This document shows positions 17,774-26,218 of a stretch of 39,106 bases of DNA, piece after piece (within the stretch, counting starts at the first letter, position 1; each line of letters begins with the position of its first letter). Source of the stretch: Spirochaetota bacterium (lineage in GTDB: Bacteria > Spirochaetota > Spirochaetia > Treponematales > UBA12059); the NCBI GenBank assembly GCA_022703215.1, contig JAKLEE010000002.1:1-39106 (forward strand), in the 5' to 3' direction. Made by a program: the position numbers and the translations under genes. The notes beneath the pieces are model-generated. The model had not been told where the DNA came from and searched no databases. It saw only the letters and a program-made list of their open reading frames with translations.

Positions 17774-19544
17774 CCTTTATTCGCTCAAGTTCGCCGTCAA
17801 TGTACATCTTCTCATACAGGAGGTCGTCGAGGGAGACCTCGTCGCCGTCCCGCTCGGGATCGAAATCCCGCATGCGCGCCTTGAGCCGCTCGCGCTTCCG
17901 CTCGAGGCTGCGCGCCCGCACCCTCCGCGCGCCGTCGACGACGACGCGTTCTGGATGCAGCTCGAATTCCCCTTTCGCCGCGCGTTCCCGGACCCAGGTC
18001 CGCAGGTAGTCGTCCCGGACGCGAAAAAGCACGGCCTCCGTCGTCCCTTCCTCCGCCCTGAAGGCTTCCTCGAGGGCGATGTAGAGCTCCCTGGCCCCGT
18101 CATCGTCGAGGTCCGCGGCGGCCACGGAGCCGCGGAAACCCGCGAACAGCTCCGGATGGAGCGCCAGCGCGGTCAGCAAGGCCAGGTCGGCCGGATTCCG
18201 GCTCGGCGCCTGGGGCTCGCTTTCCGCGCCCCGCGCGGGCCCCGCGCTTTCGCGGGATGCCCGTCGGGCGAAATCCGCGAGGATGCTGTGAGCCTGTACG
18301 AAGAGGGCGCGCGAGGCGGCCTCGACGAACTCGTCCCTGCGGACGGCTGCATCCAACACGGCGATGTAGGGGAACAAGGTCTCGACGGCCCGCGCCTTTC
18401 CTTCCGCGGAGGCGATATCGAACGATGAGGTCGCCCGGCGAATGAGAAAATCGTCTCCATTTATAGCCGAATCCGGCAGTTTATTCAATTCCTCCGCGCC
18501 GGCTTTCTGCAGTATTTCAGCAGGATCCTTGCCGCCCGGCACCAGGATGACCGAGGCGCGGAGCCCCCCGCGGGCCGCCTCCACAAGCGCCTTCGCGGCA
18601 GCCTTGCGCCCCGCCTCGTCCGCGTCGAAACAGAGCTCTACCTTTTCGGCCCAGCGTCGGAGCAGGCGCGACTGGGCCTCGGTGAAGGCCGTTCCGAGCG
18701 GGGCCACCGCCCGCGTCACCCCGGCGGCGTGGAAGGCGATCGCGTCCATGTAGCCTTCGCAGACCACGGCGGACTTGCCGTCTCGGATGGCCTGCCGCGC
18801 CTCGGAGACGGCGAAAAGGTTCTCGTGCTTGCGGAAGATGGCCGTTTCGGGAGAGTTGAGGTACTTCGGTCCCTCGCCGCGCAATATCCGTCCTCCGAAA
18901 GCCACCACCTTCCCGTTGGGATCCTTGATCGGGAACATGAGGCGGTCCGCGAAGATGGCCGAATCCTTCCGCTCCTTCGCGAAGAGCCCGGAGCGGTCGA
19001 GCAGCTCGGCGGAGTATCCCTTGCCGCGCAGGAAGGATTTGAGCCAGCGACGGTCGGACGGCGCGTAGCCGAGCCCGAAGCGCTCGGCGATTTCGGTTCC
19101 CATGCCCCGGGACTCCAGGTACTCCCGAGCGACGGCTCCTTCCGGACGCTCCGTCAGGAACCAGCGGAACGTGGCGGCAAGGCGCTCGTGGAGCTCGAGG
19201 AGGACGTCGCGGTCGTCAGGCGGGCCGCCGGACTCCCCTGCCCCGTCCTCGTACTCGAGCGGGATGCCCATCTTGTTCGCGAGAGTCTCGAGCGCTTCGC
19301 GGTAGCCGATGCCTTCGAGATCGCGGAGGAAGCTCACCGCGTCGCCGCCCTTCTGGCAGCCGAAGCAGTAGAACATCCTCTTGGCGGGCACCACGTAGAA
19401 GGAGGGCGTCTTCTCGGTGTGGAACGGGCAGAGGCCTCGCCAGTCCGCGCCGGATTTCTCGAGCCGGACGTGCTCCGACACGACCGAAACGATGTCGGCC
19501 CGGTCGCGGATCTCCCGGACGCTCGCCTCGGCGATGCGCTTCAT
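17751..19544 (-). CDS. dnaG: DNA primase DnaG
   Basis: It has a zinc finger [30 protein letters not shown] and a TOPRIM motif [10 protein letters not shown]. It overlaps the rpoD start by 14-23 nt. Confidence 0.95.
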   Translation of the reverse strand: MKRIAEASVREIRDRADIVSVVSEHVRLEKSGADWRGLCPFHTEKTPSFYVVPAKRMFYCFGCQKGGDAVSFLRDLEGIGYREALETLANKMGIPLEYEDGAGESGGPPDDRDVLLELHERLAATFRWFLTERPEGAVAREYLESRGMGTEIAERFGLGYAPSDRRWLKSFLRGKGYSAELLDRSGLFAKERKDSAIFADRLMFPIKDPNGKVVAFGGRILRGEGPKYLNSPETAIFRKHENLFAVSEARQAIRDGKSAVVCEGYMDAIAFHAAGVTRAVAPLGTAFTEAQSRLLRRWAEKVELCFDADEAGRKAAAKALVEAARGGLRASVILVPGGKDPAEILQKAGAEELNKLPDSAINGDDFLIRRATSSFDIASAEGKARAVETLFPYIAVLDAAVRRDEFVEAASRALFVQAHSILADFARRASRESAGPARGAESEPQAPSRNPADLALLTALALHPELFAGFRGSVAAADLDDDGARELYIALEEAFRAEEGTTEAVLFRVRDDYLRTWVRERAAKGEFELHPERVVVDGARRVRARSLERKRERLKARMRDFDPERDGDEVSLDDLLYEKMYIDGELERIKDERHERS

Positions 19545-20617
19545 GAACCCGAGCGCTTCACGGCGAGCGGCGCCGCGTCCTCGTGCTCGTCGTAGGTGAC
19601 CGAGAATTTGTGCCGGCCCGCCGCGGCATCCACCAGGCGGAAGTACAGGTACTCGGTCTCCTCGGGCTCGAGGGCGGCGCGCAGGGCCACCAGGCCCGGG
19701 TTGGCGATGGGCGCCGGCGGCAAGCCCCGGTTCAGGTAAGTGTTGAAGGGGCTCTCGATTTCCAGGTCGCGGAAGAGCAGGAGCTCCGGGTGCGGTTTTC
19801 CGAGCTCCTCGGTGATGACGTAGACCACGGTCGCGCAGGATTGCAGGGGCATGCCGATCCGGATGCGGTTGTAAAAAACGCCGGCCATCACGGGGGCCTC
19901 GTCGGGAGCGCGGTACTCGCGCTCCACGATGGAGGCGACGATGACCTTCGCGTGCAGCTCCGCGGGAGCCAGCGCGAGCGCTTCGGGCGCTTCCCGTTCG
20001 AGCGCCCCGCGGAAGGCGCGGACCATGGCGGCGACCACGCGGGCAGGATCGGTGCCCGGCTCGAAGAGATAGGTGTCGGGGAAGAGGTAGCCCTCCGCGC
20101 TGCCCGCCTGGAGGCCCAGGCCGGCAAGCAGGGCGGAATCGCGGGTGGCGTCCAGGAAGGCCTCCGCGGCGCAGACGCCCGCCTCCTCGAGGAGCGTCGC
20201 GATCCGGCTCGAGGCGAGCCCCTCGGGGATGGTGACGCGGACGAGCATCTGCCGGCCCGACGCGAGGAGGTCCAGGAGCTCCCTGGTCGTCAGTTCCGGG
20301 GTGACGAGGTAGGTGCCTTTCTTGACCAGCCCGGCCGTTCCGCGGACCCTCACGAGAGCCCGGAAAAGCAGCGAGGACCGGATGAGGCCCTGTCGCTCGA
20401 GGCGCTCCGCGACGCCGTCGCCCGAGTCGCCGGAGCGGACCTCGAAAGGCTGGCCTTCGGCGCCCACGAGCCCGGTCGGGGCATCCAGGTAGGCGAAGGC
20501 CACGAGCCCGGCGATTGCCGCGGCAACGGAAAGCGAGAACAGGATCGCGAGGCCGGTCATGATGCGGCGCGTGTTCCGCCGCTTCGGAGATTCCTTCATG
20601 CTGATGTCATCCTTCAT
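19541..20617 (-). CDS. mltG: endolytic murein transglycosylase MltG (YceG family)
   Basis: There is an N-terminal TM anchor, hallmark motifs GYLFPDTY and ASIVEREY, and LPPAPIANPG. The stop overlaps the dnaG ATG (ATGA). Confidence 0.88.
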   Translation of the reverse strand: MKDDISMKESPKRRNTRRIMTGLAILFSLSVAAAIAGLVAFAYLDAPTGLVGAEGQPFEVRSGDSGDGVAERLERQGLIRSSLLFRALVRVRGTAGLVKKGTYLVTPELTTRELLDLLASGRQMLVRVTIPEGLASSRIATLLEEAGVCAAEAFLDATRDSALLAGLGLQAGSAEGYLFPDTYLFEPGTDPARVVAAMVRAFRGALEREAPEALALAPAELHAKVIVASIVEREYRAPDEAPVMAGVFYNRIRIGMPLQSCATVVYVITEELGKPHPELLLFRDLEIESPFNTYLNRGLPPAPIANPGLVALRAALEPEETEYLYFRLVDAAAGRHKFSVTYDEHEDAAPLAVKRSGS

Positions 20618-20835
20618 CTCCGCGCGGTCCCGTCGGACGCCTGGAGTATGGAATAATAATCCTCGAGGTGTTCCATCTCGTCGATCGAGAGGTTTCCGTA
20701 GAGCAGGCCGCGCAGGCGTTCCATGACGCCTTCGACGGCCCGATCCAGTTCGGATTCGTGTACCCTGAGTTGAAGATACAGCGCGACGAGCTCTTCGGGC
20801 GAGAGCGCGAACGGCTGTGCGCCTGAGATTCCCAT
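20614..20835 (-). CDS. small hypothetical protein (73 aa)
   Basis: The ORF is wedged with a 1-nt gap after the MBL gene stop and a 4-nt overlap with the mltG start. It has GC3-rich codon usage and predicted helices (PEELVALYLQLRVHESELDRAVEGVMERL). No family recognised. Confidence 0.5.
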   Translation of the reverse strand: MGISGAQPFALSPEELVALYLQLRVHESELDRAVEGVMERLRGLLYGNLSIDEMEHLEDYYSILQASDGTARR

Positions 20836-20836
20836 G

Positions 20837-21775
20837 TCAAACCTCTATTTCGAGCCCCTCGCGGGCCAGGATCACCTCGAGGCCGCGCGAAGCCAGGCGT
20901 TCGACGTACCACTCGGCGGACTTGAAGATGGTTTCTATCTTCCGGTCGTCGTACGAGGGCTCGTGGTGGAAGAGGACAAGGCGGCGTATCCCCCAGGCCG
21001 ATGCGAAGTCGGCGGCGAGCGAGAAGGACGAGTGTCCCCAATCCGTCTTTTCCAGGGCCTCGTCGAGCGTGTACTGGGCGTCGATGATCAGCGCCTCGGC
21101 GTTCTCGAAATACGCGGCGTTCTCCCCGTTGCGGAGGAAATCGCTCCGCTCGAGCTCGGTGTCCGTCGAGTAGATGACCTTCTTGCCGTCACGCTCGACC
21201 ATGTAGGAGTAGCAGCCGCCGGGGTGGTTCATGGTCCGGTGGCTCACCGTCGCGTCGCCGACCGCGATCGGCTCGCCGGAAAGCTCGATCCATTCGCGGG
21301 GCGCGCGCATGACGTCCATGGTGACGGGAAACCAGGGCGCGCGCATCTGGGCTTCGACGATTTCCCGGAAGCCCGGCACGGGGCTGTGGTAGGCGATCCT
21401 CGAGGAGGGATCGAAGGCCGGCGCGAAGAACGGGAGCCCCTGCAGGTGGTCCCAGTGGAAATGGGAGAAGAAGACGCGGCAATCGACGGGCCGCTTGCGG
21501 GCGGCCAGGGCGCGGCCCAGTTCCCGGATGCCCGTACCCGCGTCGAAGACGATGCGCAGGTCGTCCCGCAACTCGACCTCGACGCAGGAGGTATTGCCCC
21601 CGACGCTCGAGAAGAGGTAGGGCGGCAAGGAGGCCAGGAAACGCTCCCGGGCTTCCTGCGACTCGAGGTCGGAGGGTTCGACGCGCTGGAGTATCGAGGA
21701 GATTTTCGATCGCAGTCGGGACGGCGTGAGCGGGGTCGGAACCGAACCCCTAACGCCCCAGAAGCGTATCCTCAT
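20837..21775 (-). CDS. MBL-fold metallo-hydrolase
   Basis: The N-terminus MRIRFWGVRGSVPTP is typical of this subgroup. The metal motif is HFHWDH (HxHxDH). Confidence 0.85.
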   Translation of the reverse strand: MRIRFWGVRGSVPTPLTPSRLRSKISSILQRVEPSDLESQEARERFLASLPPYLFSSVGGNTSCVEVELRDDLRIVFDAGTGIRELGRALAARKRPVDCRVFFSHFHWDHLQGLPFFAPAFDPSSRIAYHSPVPGFREIVEAQMRAPWFPVTMDVMRAPREWIELSGEPIAVGDATVSHRTMNHPGGCYSYMVERDGKKVIYSTDTELERSDFLRNGENAAYFENAEALIIDAQYTLDEALEKTDWGHSSFSLAADFASAWGIRRLVLFHHEPSYDDRKIETIFKSAEWYVERLASRGLEVILAREGLEIEV

Positions 21776-22235
21776 CGAGGTCCTCCAGGCCGACGCCGCG
21801 CTCGATCATGAGCGGGGGCGACGCGCGCCGCTCGGCGAGACGGCTTTCTATCTCGGACCGCGGCCGCGTCCGGCCCTTCCCGATGCCCGGGCACGAGGCG
21901 GCTTCGAGGTTCCAGTCCTCGGCAGAGTCGACCACCTGCGCCCAGAACGGGTAGGTCCTGCACTGGACCGGGCGGTGCCCGTAGACCGTGCACCCGCCTT
22001 CCCCCCACAGGATGCAATCATAGCGCTTCGTCTCGCGCAGCGAGAGCACGGCGTGCGACCCCAAGTCGACCACCCTGCAATAGTTCCGGAGAAGCGAGCG
22101 GAAATCAAGCGACAGGCCCTCCATGAGGGAGCGAATGTCCTGCGCCGACAGGAAGACGTACCCGGGTTCGTGCCTGCAGCAGGCGGAACACCGCTCGCAT
22201 TCGAACCGAAGGCCGTCAGCGTACCAAGGCTTCAA
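21750..22235 (-). CDS. YkgJ-family cysteine-cluster protein (UPF0153)
   Basis: It has CERCSACCR (CxxCxxCC) and a second Cys group GGCTVYGHRPVQCRTYPFW. The TTG start lies 5 nt after GGAGG. The 3' end overlaps the MBL gene by 26 nt. Confidence 0.8.
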   Translation of the reverse strand: MKPWYADGLRFECERCSACCRHEPGYVFLSAQDIRSLMEGLSLDFRSLLRNYCRVVDLGSHAVLSLRETKRYDCILWGEGGCTVYGHRPVQCRTYPFWAQVVDSAEDWNLEAASCPGIGKGRTRPRSEIESRLAERRASPPLMIERGVGLEDLDEDTLLGR

Positions 22236-22252
22236 GGAAACCTCCGATGACG

Positions 22253-22280
22253 TAAAAAGCCCCCTCGAACTCGAGGGGGC
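22253..22280 (-). terminator. rho-independent terminator after tRNA-Tyr
   Basis: The minus strand reads GCCCCCUCGAGUUCGAGGGGGC followed by UUUUUAC, starting 4 nt after the tRNA-Tyr 3' end. It was confirmed via the translation of track ORF 22123..22416. Confidence 0.7.
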
Positions 22281-22284
22281 CCTT

Positions 22285-22366
22285 TGGGGAGAGAAGGATT
22301 TGAACCTTCGAAGGCATAGCCAACAGATTTACAGTCTGCCCCCTTTGACCACTCGGGAATCTCCCC
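22285..22366 (-). tRNA. tRNA-Tyr (anticodon GUA)
   Basis: The sequence is GGGGAGAUUCCCGAGUGGUCAAAGGGGGCAGACUGUAAAUCUGUUGGCUAUGCCUUCGAAGGUUCAAAUCCUUCUCUCCCCA. It has a 7-bp acceptor stem, anticodon loop CUGUAAA, a long variable arm (GGC-UAU-GCC) and a T-arm GAAGG-UUCAAAU-CCUUC. CCA is not encoded. Confidence 0.93.
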
Positions 22367-22397
22367 ATTTTCATTCACTCGTCGCGAGGTCTTTTAC

Positions 22398-22470
22398 AGC
22401 CATCTCCCGGAGTTGAACCGGGGACCCCGAGATTACAAGTCACGTGCTCTGCCGACTGAGCTAAGATGGC
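22398..22470 (-). tRNA. tRNA-Thr (anticodon UGU)
   Basis: The sequence is GCCAUCUUAGCUCAGUCGGCAGAGCACGUGACUUGUAAUCUCGGGGUCCCCGGUUCAACUCCGGGAGAUGGCU. The acceptor stem is a perfect 7 bp, the anticodon loop is CUUGUAA, and the T-arm is CCCGG-UUCAACU-CCGGG. There is one U-U mismatch in the anticodon stem. Confidence 0.9.
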
Positions 22471-22523
22471 GTCACCCCGATCGGCGCCGGCTTCGTCGCG
22501 AAAGCGGCGCCGTCGACGGAGGC

Positions 22524-22553
22524 AATCTACCAGCAAGGGCGCGGCCTAGTCAA
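22524..22553 (-). promoter_or_regulatory. putative sigma70-type promoter of the tRNA-Thr/tRNA-Tyr unit
   Basis: The minus strand reads TTGACT-N18-TAGATT, about 55 nt upstream of the tRNA-Thr 5' end. The -35 position was confirmed from track ORF 22550..23068; the -10 was read directly. Confidence 0.45.
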
Positions 22554-22629
22554 TAGTATTTCCGTCCTTTCTCGCGGCAGGCCCGGATGCCGCGGAGAGC
22601 ATCCTCATCGGAAGCCCGCGCGCCGGATT

Positions 22630-24720
22630 TCAGCGCAGCGGCGCGAAAAATCCGCTTTCGTCCCGTCCGGACATCCGGTAGAGGTAGGCCTCCACGGCGA
22701 ATCCGAGGTAGTTCCGACCGAATCCGTCGTCGGCTCCGCTCAGCCAGGAAACCCGGTAGCGCCCCCGTCTCGAGGCGCGGAGCTCGTCGGCCAGCGGGGC
22801 CGAGCCGGCTCCGTCCCTCGAGGAGCGGACCGTGCCGCCGGTCTCGGCTACCAGGTACGCGAGCGCCGGATCGGGAGCGGCACCTCCCAGGATGATCGCG
22901 TCGAACCTGATCCCGTTGTTGCGGAGCAGCGCCGCGAGCTCCGAAAGGGCGGTGCGGCCCAAGGTCGCCTCGTTCACGCCACCTGAGCCCACGTACACGA
23001 TCGAGGGCTTTCCCCCGCCGGCCGCCAGGGTCGAGGCGGCCAGTCTCAAGGCGAGGTCGAAACGCCACTCGCGCGAGGGGGGGGAGCCCCTGGCCGCCAT
23101 CCGCACCAGGTCGGGACCGTTGCCTTCATGCGACAGCGCCGGGGTCGCGGAGGCCTCCACGAGGAGCGCCCGGTCCGCTGAACGCAGGGCCGCGGCGAGC
23201 TCTCCGACCGCGGAGCGCGTCTCGGCCGCGAAACGCTCCGACTCGGGCGAGCGTTCCACCAGGAAGGCCACATCGAGGGGGTCGTCGTCGCTTTCGGCGC
23301 CGCGCAGCTCGAATTCGGCGACGCTCCTCAGGAGTTCCACGCGATAGGCGACGTCCCTGCCTCCCTCGCTCCGGATCTCCTCGCTGGTGACGAGCTCGGT
23401 CAGATGGAAATTGCCCGTGGCGAGCCCGACCACCGGATGCCCATCCGCATCGCTGACCAGGATCTCGGCGTCGACGTACGGGAAGCGGCTCGTATCCACC
23501 CTTCCGGCCTCGACCCTCCATCCCGAATAGACCGAGGATGGGGCGACGAGGATCTCGAGCAGGGACGCGTCGAAATCCGCGACGACGAGGTTGCGGTTGG
23601 CGTCGAAGGCGGCGGACAGGAAGCGCGCGCCATCGCGCGGGCTCGAGTGCAGGATGGAGCTCGCCAGGGTCGCGGGATCGAGCGAAACGACGCGGTTGCC
23701 GTCCGCGACAACCAGGCGTCCCCCGGAGACATGCAGGCCTTCCGGCCGGACGAGCCCGGCGGGGGCGAGGCTTTCGAGGTGGTTCCCCGACGGATCGAAT
23801 ACTTCGATGCTGGGTCCGACCCGGTCGGCTACATAGACCAGGCCGTCGAGCAAGGCGATGCCGGTCGGCGCGGCAAGCACGCCGCCCGCGGGACCGGCCT
23901 TGCCGAATTCGAACAGGAACTTGCCGTCCGGACCGTATTTGACGGCCCGTCCGTTGCCGTAGTCGGTGACATAGAGATAGCCGTCCGAATCGCGGGCGAC
24001 ATACTGGGGGCCGGACAGCCTCTCGATGCCGCTACCCTCCCCGAAGGTGGCGACGACGTTGCCCAAGCGGTCGCAGGCGGAAATCCGGTCCGACCCGAAC
24101 TCGACCAGCACGAAGCCGCCGTCGGGCAGGGGCGCCAGCGAGAACGGCCTGTCGTAACCGCGGAGGCCTCCGCGCATCCTCGCGACGAGGAGTCCGTTGA
24201 CGTCGAAGCGCAGGACCTCGTTGGTGCCGAAGGCGACCGCGAGGAAGCTTCCGTCGGCCGCCGGCACGACCCACGAAGGCCGGGCGAAGCGACGTTCCCG
24301 TCCGTCCTGTCCCGCGATCGACCCTGCGACGACCATGGCCTCGAAACCTGCATCGGCCCCGACGCCCCTTCTCGCCCGGACATACTCGGCGAACGATTCG
24401 AGCGCGAGCACGGGTCCGCCCGTGGCCAGGGCTTCGTCCCAGGCGGAAAGCGCGGTCGCCTCGTAGCCCTGCCGGTAGTAGGCGCGTCCGAGCCAGGAGA
24501 GGATGAGGGGATCGTCGGGTTCGGATGCGAGAGCCCGCTCAAATAGGAGAGTCGACTCCGCCAGGCGACCGCGGTGGTAAGCCTGCACGCCCAGGCGGAA
24601 ATCCTCGGACGCGCGGGCCGATCCGAGGTCGTGGGCGAACTGGCCGAAGGCGCCGCGCACGGAGACGAACAGGATCAGAGCCAGTAGGAGCGTGCGGCTT
24701 CGCGCGCGATTTCGCTTCAC
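22630..24720 (-). CDS. secreted TPR + NHL-repeat beta-propeller + vWA-like domain protein
   Basis: Track ORF 22630..25239 was trimmed to the GTG at 24720 (VKRNRARSRTLLLALILFVSVRGAFG), which overlaps the upstream TPR gene TGA (GTGA). The protein has a signal peptide, TPR-like helices, repeated NHL-like blades (GPQYVARDSDGYLYVTDYGNGRAVKY; PTGIALLDGLVYVADRVGPSIEVF), and a C-terminal alpha/beta region with a degenerate MIDAS-like FLVERSPES. Confidence 0.75.
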   Translation of the reverse strand: MKRNRARSRTLLLALILFVSVRGAFGQFAHDLGSARASEDFRLGVQAYHRGRLAESTLLFERALASEPDDPLILSWLGRAYYRQGYEATALSAWDEALATGGPVLALESFAEYVRARRGVGADAGFEAMVVAGSIAGQDGRERRFARPSWVVPAADGSFLAVAFGTNEVLRFDVNGLLVARMRGGLRGYDRPFSLAPLPDGGFVLVEFGSDRISACDRLGNVVATFGEGSGIERLSGPQYVARDSDGYLYVTDYGNGRAVKYGPDGKFLFEFGKAGPAGGVLAAPTGIALLDGLVYVADRVGPSIEVFDPSGNHLESLAPAGLVRPEGLHVSGGRLVVADGNRVVSLDPATLASSILHSSPRDGARFLSAAFDANRNLVVADFDASLLEILVAPSSVYSGWRVEAGRVDTSRFPYVDAEILVSDADGHPVVGLATGNFHLTELVTSEEIRSEGGRDVAYRVELLRSVAEFELRGAESDDDPLDVAFLVERSPESERFAAETRSAVGELAAALRSADRALLVEASATPALSHEGNGPDLVRMAARGSPPSREWRFDLALRLAASTLAAGGGKPSIVYVGSGGVNEATLGRTALSELAALLRNNGIRFDAIILGGAAPDPALAYLVAETGGTVRSSRDGAGSAPLADELRASRRGRYRVSWLSGADDGFGRNYLGFAVEAYLYRMSGRDESGFFAPLR

Positions 24721-25388
24721 TTCTTTCCTTCCTTGAGCGCCTCGAGGTGGCCCGCGATTTCCTCGTTGTCCGGATCCAGCTCGGCGGCGCGGACCAGATG
24801 GACGGACGCCTCCCGCGACATTCCGAGGATGTGGTAGGTCCACCCGAGGCTGTCGAGGTAGGCCGGGCGTTCGGGCGCCAGGTCGACCGCCTTGCGGCAG
24901 CAGGTGAGCGCGCGCGGCAGGTCGCGGCCTGCGCTGGCGAGCACGTAGCCGAGGCCGTTCAGGGCGTTCGGATTCTCCGGATCGAGCTTCAGGGCCTCCT
25001 CGTAGCTTTCCGCGGCCTCGTCGAGCTTGCCCTGCGCGAATGCCGCGAATCCGAGCGTGGCCCACATGGCGACCGATTCGTCGCCGGCCTCGCGCAGGCG
25101 TCCGAGCTCGTATTCGGCCAGTCGCGTGCGCCCCGTCTCGGCGTAGACCCAGGCGAGCGCCAGGCGGCACTGGTTGACCCGCGTCCGGTCCTCGTCCTGG
25201 GTGACGACCTGCTCGAGGTAGAGGAGCGCCTCGTCCCAATGGCGGAGCCGGGCGTGGCAGAGACCGATCAGGTAGGCCGCGCGGACCTGGTTCCCGCCCG
25301 AGGTCTCCGCGCGGGTCAGGGTCTCGAGGGCGCGTTCCCAGTCTCCGGAGCGGTAGGCGCCGAGTGCTTCGCTGAGTTCGCCGCTCAT
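24717..25388 (-). CDS. TPR repeat protein (no signal peptide evident)
   Basis: Consecutive TPR-like repeats are present (GKLDEAAESYEEALKLDPENPNALNGLGYVL; RALTCCRKAVDLAPERPAYLDSLGWTY). The gene starts 4 nt after the surE stop. Confidence 0.8.
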   Translation of the reverse strand: MSGELSEALGAYRSGDWERALETLTRAETSGGNQVRAAYLIGLCHARLRHWDEALLYLEQVVTQDEDRTRVNQCRLALAWVYAETGRTRLAEYELGRLREAGDESVAMWATLGFAAFAQGKLDEAAESYEEALKLDPENPNALNGLGYVLASAGRDLPRALTCCRKAVDLAPERPAYLDSLGWTYHILGMSREASVHLVRAAELDPDNEEIAGHLEALKEGKK

Positions 25389-25392
25389 CGCC

Positions 25393-26130
25393 TCAACCCA
25401 GCGCCGTTCCGGCCCGGAAATCGCCGGGCACCGAGGGATACACGAGCACGCGCGTCACCGCCGCCTTGCCGGCGCGGATCGCGGCTTCGTCTCCCTCGTC
25501 CCACGGATCCGTCTCGACCCGGCCGTCGGCCAGGAAACAATAGGTATAGCCGTCGGGGGCTTCGAAGGACCTGAGCTTGTCGCGATAGCGGCGTCGGCTC
25601 GGCAGGGCTGTCACCCCCACGGGCAGGGCGTCGGCGGGAAGGAGCGGGACGTTCACGTTGACGAACACCTCCGGGTCCCAGAGGGCAAGCAGCTCGTCGA
25701 GGTGCCGGGCGATGAAGCGGGCGGCGGGACCGTACTCGAAGGGCGGCTCGTAGGTTGCGAGGGAGACCGCGATGCCCGGAAGGCCGTTCATGGACGCCTG
25801 CCGGGCTGCCGCCGCGGTGCCGGAATACACAAGGTCGGTGCCGAGGTTCGGCCCCCTGTTGATGCCCGAGACAACCGCGTCCGGCTTGAAGGGGATCGCG
25901 CCGAGGCCGGCCAGTATGACGCAGTCGGCCGGAGTGCCCGAACAGCTGTACTCGGACTCGGCCCGCTTCCTCACCTTGCCGGGAGTTCGAAGGGACATCG
26001 CGTGGCTCATTCCGGAGCGTTCGGAGTCGGGCGCGAAAATGCAGATCTCGTGATCCTTCGCGAGCTCGTCCGCGAGGATCCGGATGCCTTCGCTCTGGTA
26101 TCCGTCGTCGTTGGTCAGGAGCAGTCTCAT
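25393..26130 (-). CDS. surE: 5'/3'-nucleotidase SurE
   Basis: MRLLLTNDDGYQSEGIRILA, plus SGINRGPNLGTDLVYSGTAAAA, are typical SurE motifs. GGAGG lies upstream of the start. Confidence 0.92.
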   Translation of the reverse strand: MRLLLTNDDGYQSEGIRILADELAKDHEICIFAPDSERSGMSHAMSLRTPGKVRKRAESEYSCSGTPADCVILAGLGAIPFKPDAVVSGINRGPNLGTDLVYSGTAAAARQASMNGLPGIAVSLATYEPPFEYGPAARFIARHLDELLALWDPEVFVNVNVPLLPADALPVGVTALPSRRRYRDKLRSFEAPDGYTYCFLADGRVETDPWDEGDEAAIRAGKAAVTRVLVYPSVPGDFRAGTALG

Positions 26131-26172
26131 TCTCGCGGTGCCTCCGTCGACGCCCGTTCCGGCGCACGCTGC

Positions 26173-26201
26173 ATACTAGCCTCGAGGGCGGCGCGGGGCA
26201 A
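26173..26201 (-). promoter_or_regulatory. putative promoter of surE-TPR-NHL operon
   Basis: The minus strand reads TTGCCC-N17-TAGTAT, about 40 nt upstream of the surE ATG. It was verified through the translation of track ORF 25702..26232. Confidence 0.4.
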
Positions 26202-26218
26202 GCGCGGGCCGCAAGCCT

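Noticed and set aside
22123-22416. A 97-aa ORF lies on the plus strand.
   Set aside because: It is antisense to tRNA-Tyr, tRNA-Thr and their terminator. It is not coding.
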